This document shows positions 27,094-39,500 of a stretch of DNA of 64,000 nt, in pieces. Each line of letters begins with the position of its first letter. The first letter of the stretch is position 1. The translations under genes were made by a program, and so were the position numbers. The DNA is from Eledone cirrhosa (lineage: Eukaryota), in contig OZ024758.1 in assembly GCA_964016885.1 (NCBI GenBank), positions 10,106,001 to 10,170,000 on the forward strand, given 5' to 3'. The notes under the pieces are model-generated. The model searched no databases. It saw only the letters and a program-made list of their open reading frames with translations, and was not told the origin of the DNA.

Positions 27094-27939
27094 CTACTAC
27101 TTGAGTAGGTCTCATCCATAAAGCCAGTAAGTGTATGCTACTACTTGAATATAAGGTCTCATCCATAAAGCCAGTAAGTGTATGCTAGTACTTGAATAGA
27201 AGGTCTCATCCATAAAGCCAGTAAGTGTATGCTACTACTTGAATATAAGGTCTCATCCATAAAGCCAGTAAGTGTATGCTACTACTTGAATAGAAGGTCT
27301 CATCCATAAAGCCAGTAAGTGTATGCTACTACTTGAATAGAAGGTCTCATCCATAAAGCCAGTAAGTGTATGCTACTACTTGAATATAAGGTCTCATCCA
27401 TAAAGCCAGTAAGTGTATGCTACTACTTGAATAGAAGGTCTCATCCATAAAGCCAGTAAGTGTATGCTACTACTTGAATATAAGGTCTCATCCATAAAGC
27501 CAGTAAGTGTATGCTACTACTTGAATATAAGGTCTCATCCATAAAGCCAGTAAGTGTATGCTACTACTTGAATAGAAGGTCTCATCCATAAAGCCAGTAA
27601 GTGTATGCTACTACTTGAATAGAAGGTCTCATCCATAAAGCCAGTAAGTGTATGCTACTACTTGAATATAAGGTCTCATCCATAAAGCCAGTAAGTGTAT
27701 GCTACTACTTGAATAGAAGGTCTCATCCATAAAGCCAGTAAGTGTATGCTACTACTTGAATATAAGGTCTCATCCATAAAGCCAGTAAGTGTATGCTACT
27801 ACTTGAATAGAAGGTCTCATCCATAAAGCCAGTAAGTGTATGCTACTACTTGAATAGAAGGTCTCATCCATAAAGCCAGTAAGTGTATGCTACTACTTGA
27901 ATATAAGGTCTCATCCATAAAGCCAGTAAGTGTATGCTA
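27094..27939. repeat. 47-bp minisatellite, 17 full copies plus one degenerate
   Basis: Unit CTACTACTTGAATA(T/G)AAGGTCTCATCCATAAAGCCAGTAAGTGTATG, contiguous, no spacers. Confidence 0.97.
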
Positions 27940-28055
27940 GTTCCATTTTACTAAGTAAACCAATTACGATTGGCAAATTGTCAATTGCTGCTTTGTGATT
28001 GCTGTAACCTTGATAGTATTTTCAGTCCAGCTATGTGAGTTGTCTGGTTACTTAC

Positions 28056-28096
<41 letters not shown>

Positions 28097-28179
28097 TGCG
28101 TGTGTGTGTGAGAGTGTGTATGTGTGTGTAAGTGTGTGTGGGGGTGTGTGTGGGGGGGTATGGGTGTGTGTGGGTGAGT

Positions 28180-28226
<47 letters not shown>

Positions 28227-28228
28227 TG
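28056..28228. repeat. compound (TA)(CA)(TG)(GA) microsatellite
   Basis: Directly visible. Confidence 0.95.
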
Positions 28229-28944
28229 TGGTGCCGTGCTTACTGCTGATGAAATATGAACTATGTGACACATCAGATACAGAATGGCAAACGTTTGTAC
28301 TTCACACATTACAAACACAATCTCATAGAGGGAAGCTTCTGTGTGGTTTCTCAATCTGTTAGCTAGAAATAGAAGCCAAATTTGCCTCTAATCACACCAC
28401 ACTGTCTTAACCATTTCATGACCATATTTCTAATGAAAGACACTGCCTTCAATTTTTGAATATTTATGAAAATAATCAAGAATTTGAAGATATTTAGTCA
28501 TATAACCAACTTTCTCATTATTTATCTAGTGTTTGGAACATAACTTAACAAAGGTTCTTACATTGGTCCCATTGAACAATGTAGCCTTGGGTAAACAATG
28601 TCTAAAAAATATGATGGTCATAGGTGGAATGCCTTTTATTATAAGTCAGCTTGATTAAAGTTGACCTAGGGCTAAATAACAACAACAATCTCTTTTACAA
28701 CCTTACCTGTCTGGTATGCTTTTTTACTGTCAACTAGTTGATTGGATTTGATAGAATTACTTAACATCTTACTCTGAAAGTCTACCTCTTTATTTTCTGA
28801 GTTCAAATCTTGCCAAATTCAATAACTTTTAATCCATCCAAGGTTGATAAAATAAAGTACCAGTCAAGCACAAGACTGGTACTTAACATGTATATATATA
28901 TAAATAAATAAAGTTCCAGTCAAATACTAGATGCAGAGGGGATT

Positions 28945-29182
28945 GTGTTAGCTTAAGCATTGGGTCAGCTCAAGCCTTGGGTCCATTAAAGCCTTAGCTC
29001 AGTTCAAGCCTTGGCTCAGCTCAATCCTTGTGTTAGCTCAAATCTTGGGTCAGCTCAAACTTTGAGTTAGTTCAAGCCTTGTGTCAGCTGAAACCTTGAA
29101 TCAGTTCAAGCCTTGTGTCAGCTGATGCCTTGGATCAGCTCAAACCCTGGATCAGTTCAAGCCTTAAGTGAACTTAACCTTT
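28945..29182. repeat. degenerate ~19-bp minisatellite
   Basis: TCAG(C/T)TCAAGCCTTG(G/T)G units, about 12 copies. Confidence 0.8.
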
Positions 29183-29276
29183 GAATGAAAATGGGAAAGC
29201 CCATTAGATGGATTACACCTATAATTGAAAACAGAGTCAGGTTAAGTCCTTTTGGGGCCTTAAGCACTTATCCCCA

Positions 29277-29635
29277 TATATGGATGGCTGGTCCTGTAAC
29301 TCCCAAGGGAGTTGTAGCGGTGCTGTATTGACAGAGAGCATTTCTAGGGCATTTTTGAAACCTGGCGGGGCCCATCTTCTCACCAGGCTTGAATACAGAA
29401 AGATTTTTCTTCCAAAAAAGGAGAGAGGGTGAGAGAATGAAAGTGAGAAAGAGGTATACATGAAGAATCGACCCCAGTACAAGACTGGTACTTTTTTTAT
29501 AAACCTCAAATGGATGAAAGGCAAAGTTGACCTGACCTGACCTCAGCGAAATTTGAGCTCAGAGAACAGAGAGCAAAAATAACTGCTGCAAATCATTCTA
29601 GCCAAAGTTCTAATGACTCTGTCAAATCACTGCCT
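29277..29635 (-). mobile_element. long SINE-B-related element (family C)
   Basis: SINE-B-like head/body with an extended 3' tail also found at 24025-24320 and about 49930-50080. Confidence 0.7.
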
Positions 29636-30073
29636 TACCTTCATATATAAAGTTGGCAAAAAAAAAATTTTTTGCAGTGACAAATACATTTTATTTGAGT
29701 AAAATGGTACCCCTGTTCTTTTCATCTCTAAGCATGGGCTTATTTTACTTAATTTTGCTGAATCACCCTGAGGATTATGCCAAGAGTACAAACTGTCTGT
29801 GCTATAAGTGATTACTTTCATTGAGCAAACAATGAAGATATATATATATTTATGTCAAAATAAGGTCAAACATATGTGTGTGGGTGTATATGTGTGTATG
29901 TGTGTGTGTGTGTGCAAATTCCATCATATGTATGCTTACATACATATGATGGTATGTGAGTGTGTGTGTGTGCATATGTAATTGTGTGTGTGTGTACATG
30001 CATGCGTGTGTATTTGTGTATGTGTGTGTGTCCATGTCTATGTTGGTATTTATGTTCCATATGGCCATAATAT

Positions 30074-30260
30074 AATTGTTTCTACTTTATGCACAAGGCC
30101 AGCAATTACCCCAGTGTATTACTGGTAATTTATTTTATCGAGCCCCGCAAGGATGAAAGGTAAAGTTAACCTCGGCGGGATTAGAACTCAGAATGTAAAG
30201 GGCCATAACTCTATGCTGCAAAGCATGGTATCTGATGTTCTACCGATACTGCCAAACCAC
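30074..30260 (-). mobile_element. SINE family B
   Basis: Near-consensus reverse complement copy. Confidence 0.85.
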
Positions 30261-30436
30261 CACCAGCCTTGCCAACTCACCATAGTATAATGATTGAAAA
30301 GTAGTACAAGAATAAAATAATGTATTTGTATATAATTTACTAATCTAATCTGTCACTTCTCTTCCTGTCATCGTAACCTGCTCCAGGATGTTCATATAGA
30401 TAATGGAACAATTTAGAGAATATATATATATATATA

Positions 30437-30832
30437 TGGAGGCACATGGCTTAGTGGTTAGAGCATTGGCCTTGCAATCGAAAGGTTGTGAGTTCAATTC
30501 TCAGACCGGGTGATGTGTGGTTTCCTTGAGCAAGACACTTTATTTCAAATTGCTCCAGTGTACTCAGCTGTAGAAATGAGATGATAGGGACTGGGGTCCA
30601 TATCATTCCACTGCAAAGAGTTCGTGGAGGTGCCACGGCAAAAAGGCACCCAGCCCACACTGTAAAGTGGACGTGTAGGCGCCACGGCAAAAAAGCACCC
30701 AGCACTCACTGTAAATGAGGTTGGTGTTAGGAAGGGCATCCAGCTGTAGAAATCAAGCCAGAATCAGTTCCCGTCCCACCCTTGCAAGCAGGGAAAAGCG
30801 GACGTAAAATGATGATGATGATGATGATGATA
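30437..30832 (+). mobile_element. full-length CORE-type SINE family A with RTE-type tail
   Basis: A-box TGGCTTAGTGG, B-box GAGTTCAATTCTC, CORE-like CCTTGAGCAAGACACTT..CTCAGCTGTAGAAATG, two internal units, tail and (GAT)n; inserted in (TA)n. Confidence 0.9.
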
Positions 30833-30848
30833 TATAAATGTATATATA

Positions 30849-31734
30849 CAGGGTGCGGACCATATCTGTTCGCAAGATTACTGTCTAGGAAAAAGTAACA
30901 CAGTAGTTTTATTTTTTAAGATTTATTTATCAAACTTGGGTCAGTTTGTCTTCATGACTTGTTCTTTCGATCTCACTCGATAAACTCACCATTGGCTTTG
31001 ATGACGGCCTCAAGGCGGCCTCGGAACCGGCTATAAACCTTCGTCACTGTCCCCCGACTTAGGCCCCTAAAGGCACTTGTGATTCTGGCCTTCAGTTCGT
31101 CTTTCATATTGCAGCTAGATCTGTTGGTGTCTCGTTCCACTGCGCCCCACACAAAGAAGTCGAGTGGGTTCCAGTCAGGCGAGCTGGGAGGCCAGATGTC
31201 AGGTGAAGTGTGGTTGACGAAGTTCTCTGACAGCCAGGCTTGGTTGGGTCTTTCGGCTGGTATGGCAGGGCGCTGAGTCTTGCTGCCACATGTACTGCCT
31301 ACCTGCAGCTACCTGGTCGATCCAGGGCTTTACTACCTCGCTCAGAATGCGAATATAGCCATCGGTGTCCAGCTTGAGGTCCTCAGGGTCTTCCCTGAGG
31401 TGGCTTGACTGCTGACGACACCTAAGACCAATGTTGTTGCTGGAAACTTTGTCTGCATGACTCTGGGCACATCTTTGGATGAGACAGCGAGCCACCTATT
31501 ATTCTGGGAGTTGATCTTCTGGTCTTATTTGTCCTCTCGGCGCGGATTCCAAGAAGAACTCCGTGTCTCTTCCACAAATTTGGAGGTTCAAAATTATTCA
31601 TAATCAATTATTCTGAAAATAAATAATGGAAATATAGTCACTGTTTTTATGAAGACAAGAGTGACAACAGAAGTAAAAAAAATTTGTATAAAATTAGCAG
31701 TTGAAAATTGCGAACAAATATCGTCCGCACCCTG
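30849..31734 (-). mobile_element. Tc1/mariner superfamily DD37D (maT) transposon, internally deleted
   Basis: 27-bp TIRs CAGGGTGCGGAC.ATAT.TGTTCGCAA (25/27), TA duplication; minus strand gives WQQDSAPCHTSRKTQ/AWLSENFVNHTSPDIWPPSSPDWNPLDFFVWG with 37 residues between the Asp residues once a CCAA duplication frameshift is corrected. Confidence 0.92.
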
Positions 31735-31865
31735 TATATGTGTGTGTGTATATACATACATATATTTATCTAGTCTGTCACTTCTCTTCCTGACATTATG
31801 ACCTGCTCCAGGATTTTCATATATATAATGGAACAATTTAGAGAATATATATATATATGTGTGTG

Positions 31866-31925
<60 letters not shown>

Positions 31926-32153
31926 TATACATTCCTTACTATTCTTTCTGATGACTGAAGACAGATATAAATATCTGTCCTCAAGAAACCACTGGTAAAT
32001 GAATTAATTATCTTATGTTGTTTATTACATAACTAAAAAGCTCTGTAACCTACATAGAGCACTCTCTTTTCCTTTACCTTTCCTACGGAAATACTTCATT
32101 TATATATATATATATATATTAATATTTGATGAACATTTGCATGTTTTAGTTGC

Positions 32154-32222
<69 letters not shown>

Positions 32223-33171
32223 TGGCCATCTGTCTGTATGTAGATACATATGTATATGTCAATCTTATTGATGCACTAATGACATCAATCAAATAACCAT
32301 AGAAACCATATAATGTAAGATGGTATCTTAAGTCTCTGAAATTGGAAGATGGAAGAAACATTTCCATTTAGACAAAATAAAGAACTATTACAATGTCTGA
32401 TATTTAAGAAATATTACTGAATATATTCTCGAAATATATTCAGCTTATCTGTGTTGTTGTTTCTTTTGTTGTTGTTGTTGTGTTTTATTGATTTTTTCAT
32501 CAACAAAATCCAGGGTCAAAATATTTATGTTGTTTAGAAGAAAATATAATTTAGAAATGAAAATATAATTTTTTTTTTTTTTTTTTAAATTCTTTTAATT
32601 TATATGTATTATTTAGAGAACGGTGGATTGAGCGTCTGACAATATGCTGTGTGCCATAGAGTTTGGCCCTTTATGTTCTGGTTTCAAACCACGCCAAGGT
32701 TAACTTTGTCTTCATTCTTACGGGGTCAATTAAATAAAATTAAATAAAATTGAAAATCTATATATCTCTTAATAACTATACTTCCTTTATTGAATAAAAA
32801 CAAAATATTGAATTATTTTTTTGTAATGTGTCGTGAATTATGCTTATACTAACTTTCCTTACTACTTTTTATCTAATTCCTTGTTTTCACACATATATAA
32901 TTGTACACACATACAAACACACATACACACACGCACAAACACACACACACACATACACAGAACTATACTACCAATTAACAATTAGAGTCAACTCGGCTTT
33001 GTTCAGCCACTCCACGTCCTATTGACCAGAGCCTATTCTGTACCAAAATTGCACTTAAAAATTGACTAATCAATTAGAGTAGCTGCTCAGCAATTTCGTC
33101 CTGGAACCCTTTTTTTGTTTAATATATAAAATACTTGGACTTGTCCAATGTCCATTTTTTTTCCATACCAG

Positions 33172-33263
33172 TTGCTGTCAAGAATTCTGATGTCCTTGGT
33201 CCCCAAACGACCCCTCCACAAAATCAGAAAGGCAGAAGCCTGTCTGAAGAAGGAGCCCTGTGA
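33172..33263 (+). CDS. candidate terminal coding exon of an unidentified host gene
   Basis: TTTTTTTCCATACCAG acceptor; non-repetitive, GC-richer frame AVKNSDVLGPQTTPPQNQKGRSLSEEGAL-stop; long U-rich 3'-UTR-like sequence follows; upstream exons not found. Confidence 0.3.
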
Positions 33264-33599
33264 GACAGGGTGGCTGTTGCAGTGGGTGTCGCTAGCCATT
33301 CTCCAAGGCTCTCCACTCAGTCTACAGGGCACAGCTGAATCACCATTCAGACTGGGCTGTTCAGTCTGTCCCTCCCTCCCTCTCCTTCATTGCTTCATTC
33401 TCTTTTTTTCTTTTTCTTTTTTCCCTTTCCTTTTTTTTGTTTCATTTATATATTATTATTTTGTCTAATTTTACAATGTTATCTTATAATAATTAAGAAA
33501 TACTTTTGAAATTTTCCAGCTAACATTTAACTATGGGCAGGTGCTTGGAGAATACAATCTCTTCTTAAAGGTTTTAAAGTTTTGTCTAACTTTACAATG

Positions 33600-33880
33600 T
33601 GGAGGCTTGTGGCCTAGTGGTAAGGGTGTTGGACTTATGATCATAATGTCATGAGTTGATTTCTGGACTGGGTTGTGTGTTGTGTCCTTCAGCAAAACAC
33701 TTCATTTTACATTGCTCCAGTATGTTCAGCTGAAAATGAGTACCAGCAGAAGCTGGGGATTTAACCCTGCGATGGACTCGCAACCTGTCCAGGGGAAAGT
33801 CTTGTATTCTCAGTCGATTCATGCCCCAGAAACCTGGATAAGCACCAGCCTGATGAATCTCTGGGCTTGAGACAGACTTT
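33600..33880 (+). mobile_element. CORE-type SINE variant (related copy on minus strand at ~62915-63157)
   Basis: TGGCCTAGTGGTAAGGG head, CCTTCAGCAAAACACTT..CAGCTGAAAATGAGTACC CORE-like block. Confidence 0.75.
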
Positions 33881-33909
33881 AGACTTAACTTTATCATATT
33901 ATCAAAGGC

Positions 33910-34100
33910 GGGGGATTGGCAGTATCAGTAGAAGGTTGGAGGCCATGCTTTGCAGCATAGAGTTAGGCCCCTTTATAGTGTGAGTTCAAATCTCGCCGAG
34001 GTTCACTTTGCCTTTCATCCTTACGGGGTCGATAAAATAAAGTACCAGTAATGTACTGAAGTAATTGCTTGCTGGCCTTGTGCCAAAAGTAGAAACAATT
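33910..34100 (+). mobile_element. SINE family B
   Basis: A/B boxes and family body. Confidence 0.85.
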
Positions 34101-34806
34101 ATCTTATGGCATACACTCTGGTAATATTTATGTTAAGTTTCTCTATCTATTTATTACATATCTAGCAAGAGCCAGTACTGCTAAACATTCTCCTTCAGAG
34201 ACAGAATCTCACATATTCATACTCTTTTGCTGCTTACATTAGATACAAACCATTTCTAAGTTGTAATTTCCAATAACCCTTATGGTGTTTGATCAATTGA
34301 CACACTTAGTGTTGAATTGATGCTTTTTGTTTGTTTTTTTTCCCTCGCTTTGATTATCTATTTTTGTGTATATATTCATAAGGTTCCTAGTAATAATTAA
34401 TTGTATATATTATTTGTGTTTATGTTTTCATTCATTAAAGAATTTTAAAGAATTTGTAAAGTTATTTATACAACTTTGAATATAATATCATTAAATATTT
34501 TTGTTGTATTCTACAATCAGTTTTTTTTTTCTTTATCATGACAAACAAACATGTTCTTTCACATTGTTCAACTTTCTTCTTGTCATAATATTGAACATTC
34601 AACAATTTTCTTTACTGGTGAAATTTTGATCAGTGGACAATTTCTCTTGCTATTGAATATTGGACAATTGTTTCCCACAAGAGAATATTAGGAAAATGTG
34701 TAGTCGCTTTTTTTTCCTTCTTTTCTTGGTGTTCTTTTTTTAGTTAACTGTTCTGTTTTGTTTTAAATACCAACCTTGCTACTGTAAACTCATTAGATTT
34801 TTTCCC

Positions 34807-35226
34807 CTCAAGGATCCAACTCTCTTATTAGCATAATTACTGTAGACACTTGAATATAAGCCAAGGCTCAAGGATCCAACTCTCTTATTAGCATAATTAC
34901 TGTAGACACTTGAATATAAGCCAAGGCTCAAGGATCCAACTCTCTTATTAGCATAATTACTGTAGACACTTGAATATAAGCCAAGGCTCAAGGATCCAAC
35001 TCTCTTATTAGCATAATTACTGTAGACACTTGAATATAAGCCAAGGCTCAAGGATCCAACTCTCTTATTAGCATAATTACTGTAGACACTTGAATATAAG
35101 CCAAGGCTCAAGGATCCAACTCTCTTATTAGCATAATTACTGTATACACTTGAATATAAGCCAAGGCTCAAGGATCCAACTCTCTTATTAGCATAATTAC
35201 TGTAGACACTTGAATATAAGCCAAGG
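34807..35226. repeat. 60-bp minisatellite, 7 near-perfect copies
   Basis: CTCAAGGATCCAACTCTCTTATTAGCATAATTACTGTAGACACTTGAATATAAGCCAAGG; one substitution seen. Confidence 0.98.
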
Positions 35227-35399
35227 AATATGTGAAGGGAAAGGGGAGGAGACTGGGTAGGAGGATGAGGGCGATGATGACAACAGCAATGACGATGATG
35301 GTGATAATGATGATGATACTGATGATGATGGGGGAAGAGTAAGAGGGTGATGATGATGTTGGATCACTTAACATTGCCAGCTACAGTGAATGTAGAATA

Positions 35400-36355
35400 A
35401 GACAGGCAGACAGACAGACATACAGACAGACAGATAGGCAGACAGGCAAGCGGACAGACAGGCAAGCAGACAGGCAGACATACAGGCAGACAGGCAGATA
35501 GACAGACAGGCAAGCGGACAGGCAGATAGACAGGCAGACAGACAGACAGGCAAGCAGACAGGCAGACATACAGGCAGACAGGCAGATAGACAGACAGGCA
35601 AGCGGACAGGCAGATAGACAGGCAGACAGACAGACAGGCAAGCAGACAGGCAGACATACAGGCAGACAGGCAGACAGACAGACAGGCAAGCAGACAGGCA
35701 GACATACAGGCAGACAGGCAGATAGACAGACAGGCAAGCGGACAGGCAGATAGACAGGCAGACAGACAGACAGGCAAGCAGACAGGCAGACATACAGGCA
35801 GACAGGCAGATAGACAGACAGGCAAGCGGACAGGCAGATAGACAGGCAGACAGACAGACAGGCAAGCAGGCGACAGACAGGCAAGCAGACGACAGACAGG
35901 CAGACAGGCAAGCAGACGACAGACAGACAGACAGACAGGCAGGCAGACGACAGACAGGCAGACAGGCAAGCAGGCGACAGACAGGCAGACAGACAGACAG
36001 GCAAGCAGACGACAGACAGGCAGACAGACAGACAGGCAAGCAGACGACAGACAGGCAGACAGACAGACAGGCAAGCAGACGACAGACAGGCAGACAGACA
36101 GACAGGCAAGCAGACGACAGACAGGCAGACAGGCAGACAGGCAAGCAGGCGACAGACAGGCAGACAGACAGACAGGCAAGCAGACGACAGACAGGCAGAC
36201 AGACAGACAGGCAAGCAGACGACAGACAGACAGACAGACAGACAGGCAGGCAGACGACAGACAGGCAGACAGGCAAGCAGGCGACAGACAGGCATGCAGA
36301 CAGACAGGCAAGCAGACGACAGACAGACAGACAAACAGGCAAGCAGACGACAGAC
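35400..36355. repeat. compound GACA/GGCA satellite, left segment
   Basis: 35400-35867 has ~88-bp higher-order units with GATA/CATA/GCGG variants; 35868-36355 is built from GCAAGCAGACGACAGACAG units. Confidence 0.97.
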
Positions 36356-36580
36356 AAATTTCTGTTTATTTGCCACTAGGGCACAAAAGAAAGGGACATG
36401 TACATGGGTGGGGGGAGTTTACATAAAAATCGAGTAAGAAAAATATAACAAACAAAATAATAACAAGAAGGTCCTCAATAGGGAGGGATCGTTTTGGGGT
36501 CACACACACCCCCGAAAAAAAGTGTGCGACCCTTCTCCACGGGAGCACAAAGAGAGGGTGCTCCCTTCTTTCTGTTCCAC

Positions 36581-39500
36581 CTACAGGCTGAGGTAGAGAG
36601 AAGGCCCATTCACACGGGCCATTCTCGCAACTTTCACCCACCTTTCATAAAACTGGCTGGAGTGGAGCACCTCTCTCTCCATCCTGATCCTTCTTCCGAA
36701 ATGGTATCGGAAGAAAAGGACCAGTTGTTGGCCGGAGAGAAAGGTGTCCGACCTCAGCCCTTTCAGACGCGTCCACCATATAGCCTCTTTTACCATGGCT
36801 ATTACACAGAGGAAGACCGCCTCTCCTTCATTTTTGAAGGGGGGAGGTGGCTTGATCGTTACAATGGACTCGGTGGTCAACCTAATTGGTCCCACCCGTG
36901 ACAGCAGTCGTTCGACATAGCCCCACAGATCGGCAACGCCCGGGCAGTGCACCAATGCGTGCGCGACGGTTTCCTCGTCGCGCACGCATCTGGGACAGAT
37001 CTTTTTCGAGGGGTCCCTACCCGGGCGCCCGTGTCTGTAGAGCTTATCCCGAACGGGCAGAGCCCCTCGGTAGCACTGCCAGGCCAAGGACTTCTGGAAG
37101 TTGTCCATAGGTCCCGGGCCGAAAGTCCTACCGAATAGACTGGCCAGTTCGTCCTCCTCCATGCCTAGGGCTTCTCCGAGGGCGTCGTCGCACCCGCTAA
37201 CCACCAGCCCTCTATAGAATGACGAGGTGGAGTCTCCGTCGATAGCCGGGTCCGCCTGCCAGAGAGCCGTGAGCGCCTGGGCACACTCGGTGTGCCAGTC
37301 GCCCAGTTTTCTCGGTCTTTGCTTCACCCAGGACTGCAGCTCGGTGAGCGAGACGAGCCTCGGGAAGGCTCGCCTCACAAACGGGGCCCACACCGGTTGA
37401 CCGGTGAGGAATACGTGGAGGTGCCTTAGCCTCAATGCGTGTTTACGCATTTTTAGCCACGGCATCCCCAGCCCTCCTTTCAAAGGGTGTTGACAGCAGA
37501 TGGATCTCCTCACCAGAGGAGACCTCTTCTTCCAAAGGAAATAAAAGAGGGCGCGCTCCATTTTGGCGAGGATCTCACCCGGGCAAGGCACGACAGTCAA
37601 GCGGTAATAGATGACGGACGCTATGTAAGCATTCGCCACCTCCGCCCGACCTTTTAGGGATAGTTTGCACTCGGCCCACTTCTGGGTCAGTGCAAACACC
37701 CTATTCGTCACCTCACCCCAGTTTTTCTCCACCTGGAGGTCCGGTCCGAACCAGACCCCAAGCAACTTCACCGGGCCCTCCGTCCACCGTCCGACGATAC
37801 CGTCGCACGACATCGCTTTGCCCCTCCACTCGCCGAGTTGCAAAGCGACTGACTTGTCCCGGTTCAGCTTAGCCCCTGTCAACCTTTCGTACTCCTCTAG
37901 TAAGGTGCCGATTGCCTCGATTTCCGAGGCGGTCGACACCATTACTGTTACGTCATCGGCGTAGGCCGACACCGCTTTGCGCAATCCCGGTTCCAAAGGG
38001 ATGCCCTGCAACAACTCCAACTTCCGCAGTAATGGCTCGAGAGTCAACACATACAGAAGGGAGGAGAGAGGGCACCCCTGTCGGATGGAGCGGGTGATTT
38101 CGAACGGCTCCGAAAGGTAGCCGTTCACCTTGACTCTAGAGCAGATGCGGCTGCTGTGCATGGCAGTGATCCAGCCCCTGAAAACGGGTCCGAACCCAGC
38201 CGCCGCTAGCACCGCATCCAGGTAACCATGGTCCACTCTATCGAACGCTTTAGACTGATCTAAATTTATCAGGGCCCCACCAAAGCCGGGTTCGTTCCCA
38301 ACCCTCTCTATGATGTATCGCATGAGGTGGAGGTTGTCGTGGATGGACCTGGACGGGATAGCGCATGTCTGCGCATCTCCCACCAGTCCCCCCACGACAA
38401 GCGCCAACCTCTTCGCTAACACCTTCGCCAAAATCTTTAACTCTGCATTTAGCAGAGTTATGGGCCTAAAATTACTAATGTCATCCCCCTTGTTCTCGTC
38501 CTTCCTCACTAGCGAGACTACGCCCTTGGTCACAGAACAGGGAATTCTCCCGTTCTGTTGCCAGTTGCAGTAGACCGCCTCGAGGAGATCGGGGAACAAG
38601 TCCGGCATATTAATATATAGTTCGTAGGGCAGACCATCGAGTCCTGGAGATTTGCGTTTGCCGCATAGGCTCAGCACGTCCCCTATTTCAGCAGCTGAGA
38701 TCGGCCCGTCGCAGGACCTCGCCTCCCTGTCCGAAAGACGCGGCAGGCCGTCGAGGTATGGACCGAAATCCACATCTCCAACCGGCTCCCCGCCCCTCCC
38801 GAACAATTCGGCAAAGTGCCTTTGAAAGGCCTCGCACATTTGCTTAGGTTCAAGGATCAGCCGTCCATCCTGGTCTCGCAAAGACCGGATAGTGGATTTA
38901 ATCCCACTTTTCGCTTCTGTCACGCGGGCCCAGCTAACAGCTTTGGTCCCCTCGTTTCCCAGAGCACGTATTTTGCTTCGGACAACGCAGCCTTCGTGTT
39001 TCGCGTCGAAGAACTGGTTCAAGACCGTTCTCGACGCTTGCACTCTGGCCACGTTGCCGCTTCTCATTGCCTCTTCAACATTAACTACCAACTCCCTTTC
39101 CTTCCTATTTCTATCTGAGGCTAACTCCTTACTAACTCCTATTGAAACTACTCTAATCTCTCTTTTTAGAGAGCCCCACCACCTGTTGTTGACGATGGCG
39201 CCCGTCAACTGCTCCTTAACTAAGGTTCTAATCCGGTCCCTGTAAGCTCTACTTGCCGGTAAGGACAAGTTGAGCTTCCAGTAACCGGGCCCCTGCCTAT
39301 GCGTTCTATCAAGGTGGACTACGCAGGTCACTAACTTGTGGTCTGAATAGCCCACCATGAGCATTTCTGGACAACTTAAAAAGTCCCTATCCTTAATTCT
39401 AACTAAGAACCTATCTAGGTACGATCTAGATTGACCACTGTTATTTGACCAGGTCCAGGTTGGTACAGTCGGAAAATCTAGTCGGTATCTATCGGCCAGG

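Noticed and set aside
27094-27939. CRISPR-like array
   Set aside because: Units are contiguous with no unique spacers, no cas genes, eukaryotic context; the same applies to 34807-35226.
30437-30510. tRNA genes
   Set aside because: A/B boxes belong to SINE heads that continue into SINE bodies; no clean cloverleaf or terminator.
35364-36376. 315-331-aa Cys/Leu/Ser-rich ORFs
   Set aside because: All three minus frames are open because the GACA/GGCA satellite lacks stops; same for 41920-42254 and 47743-48367.
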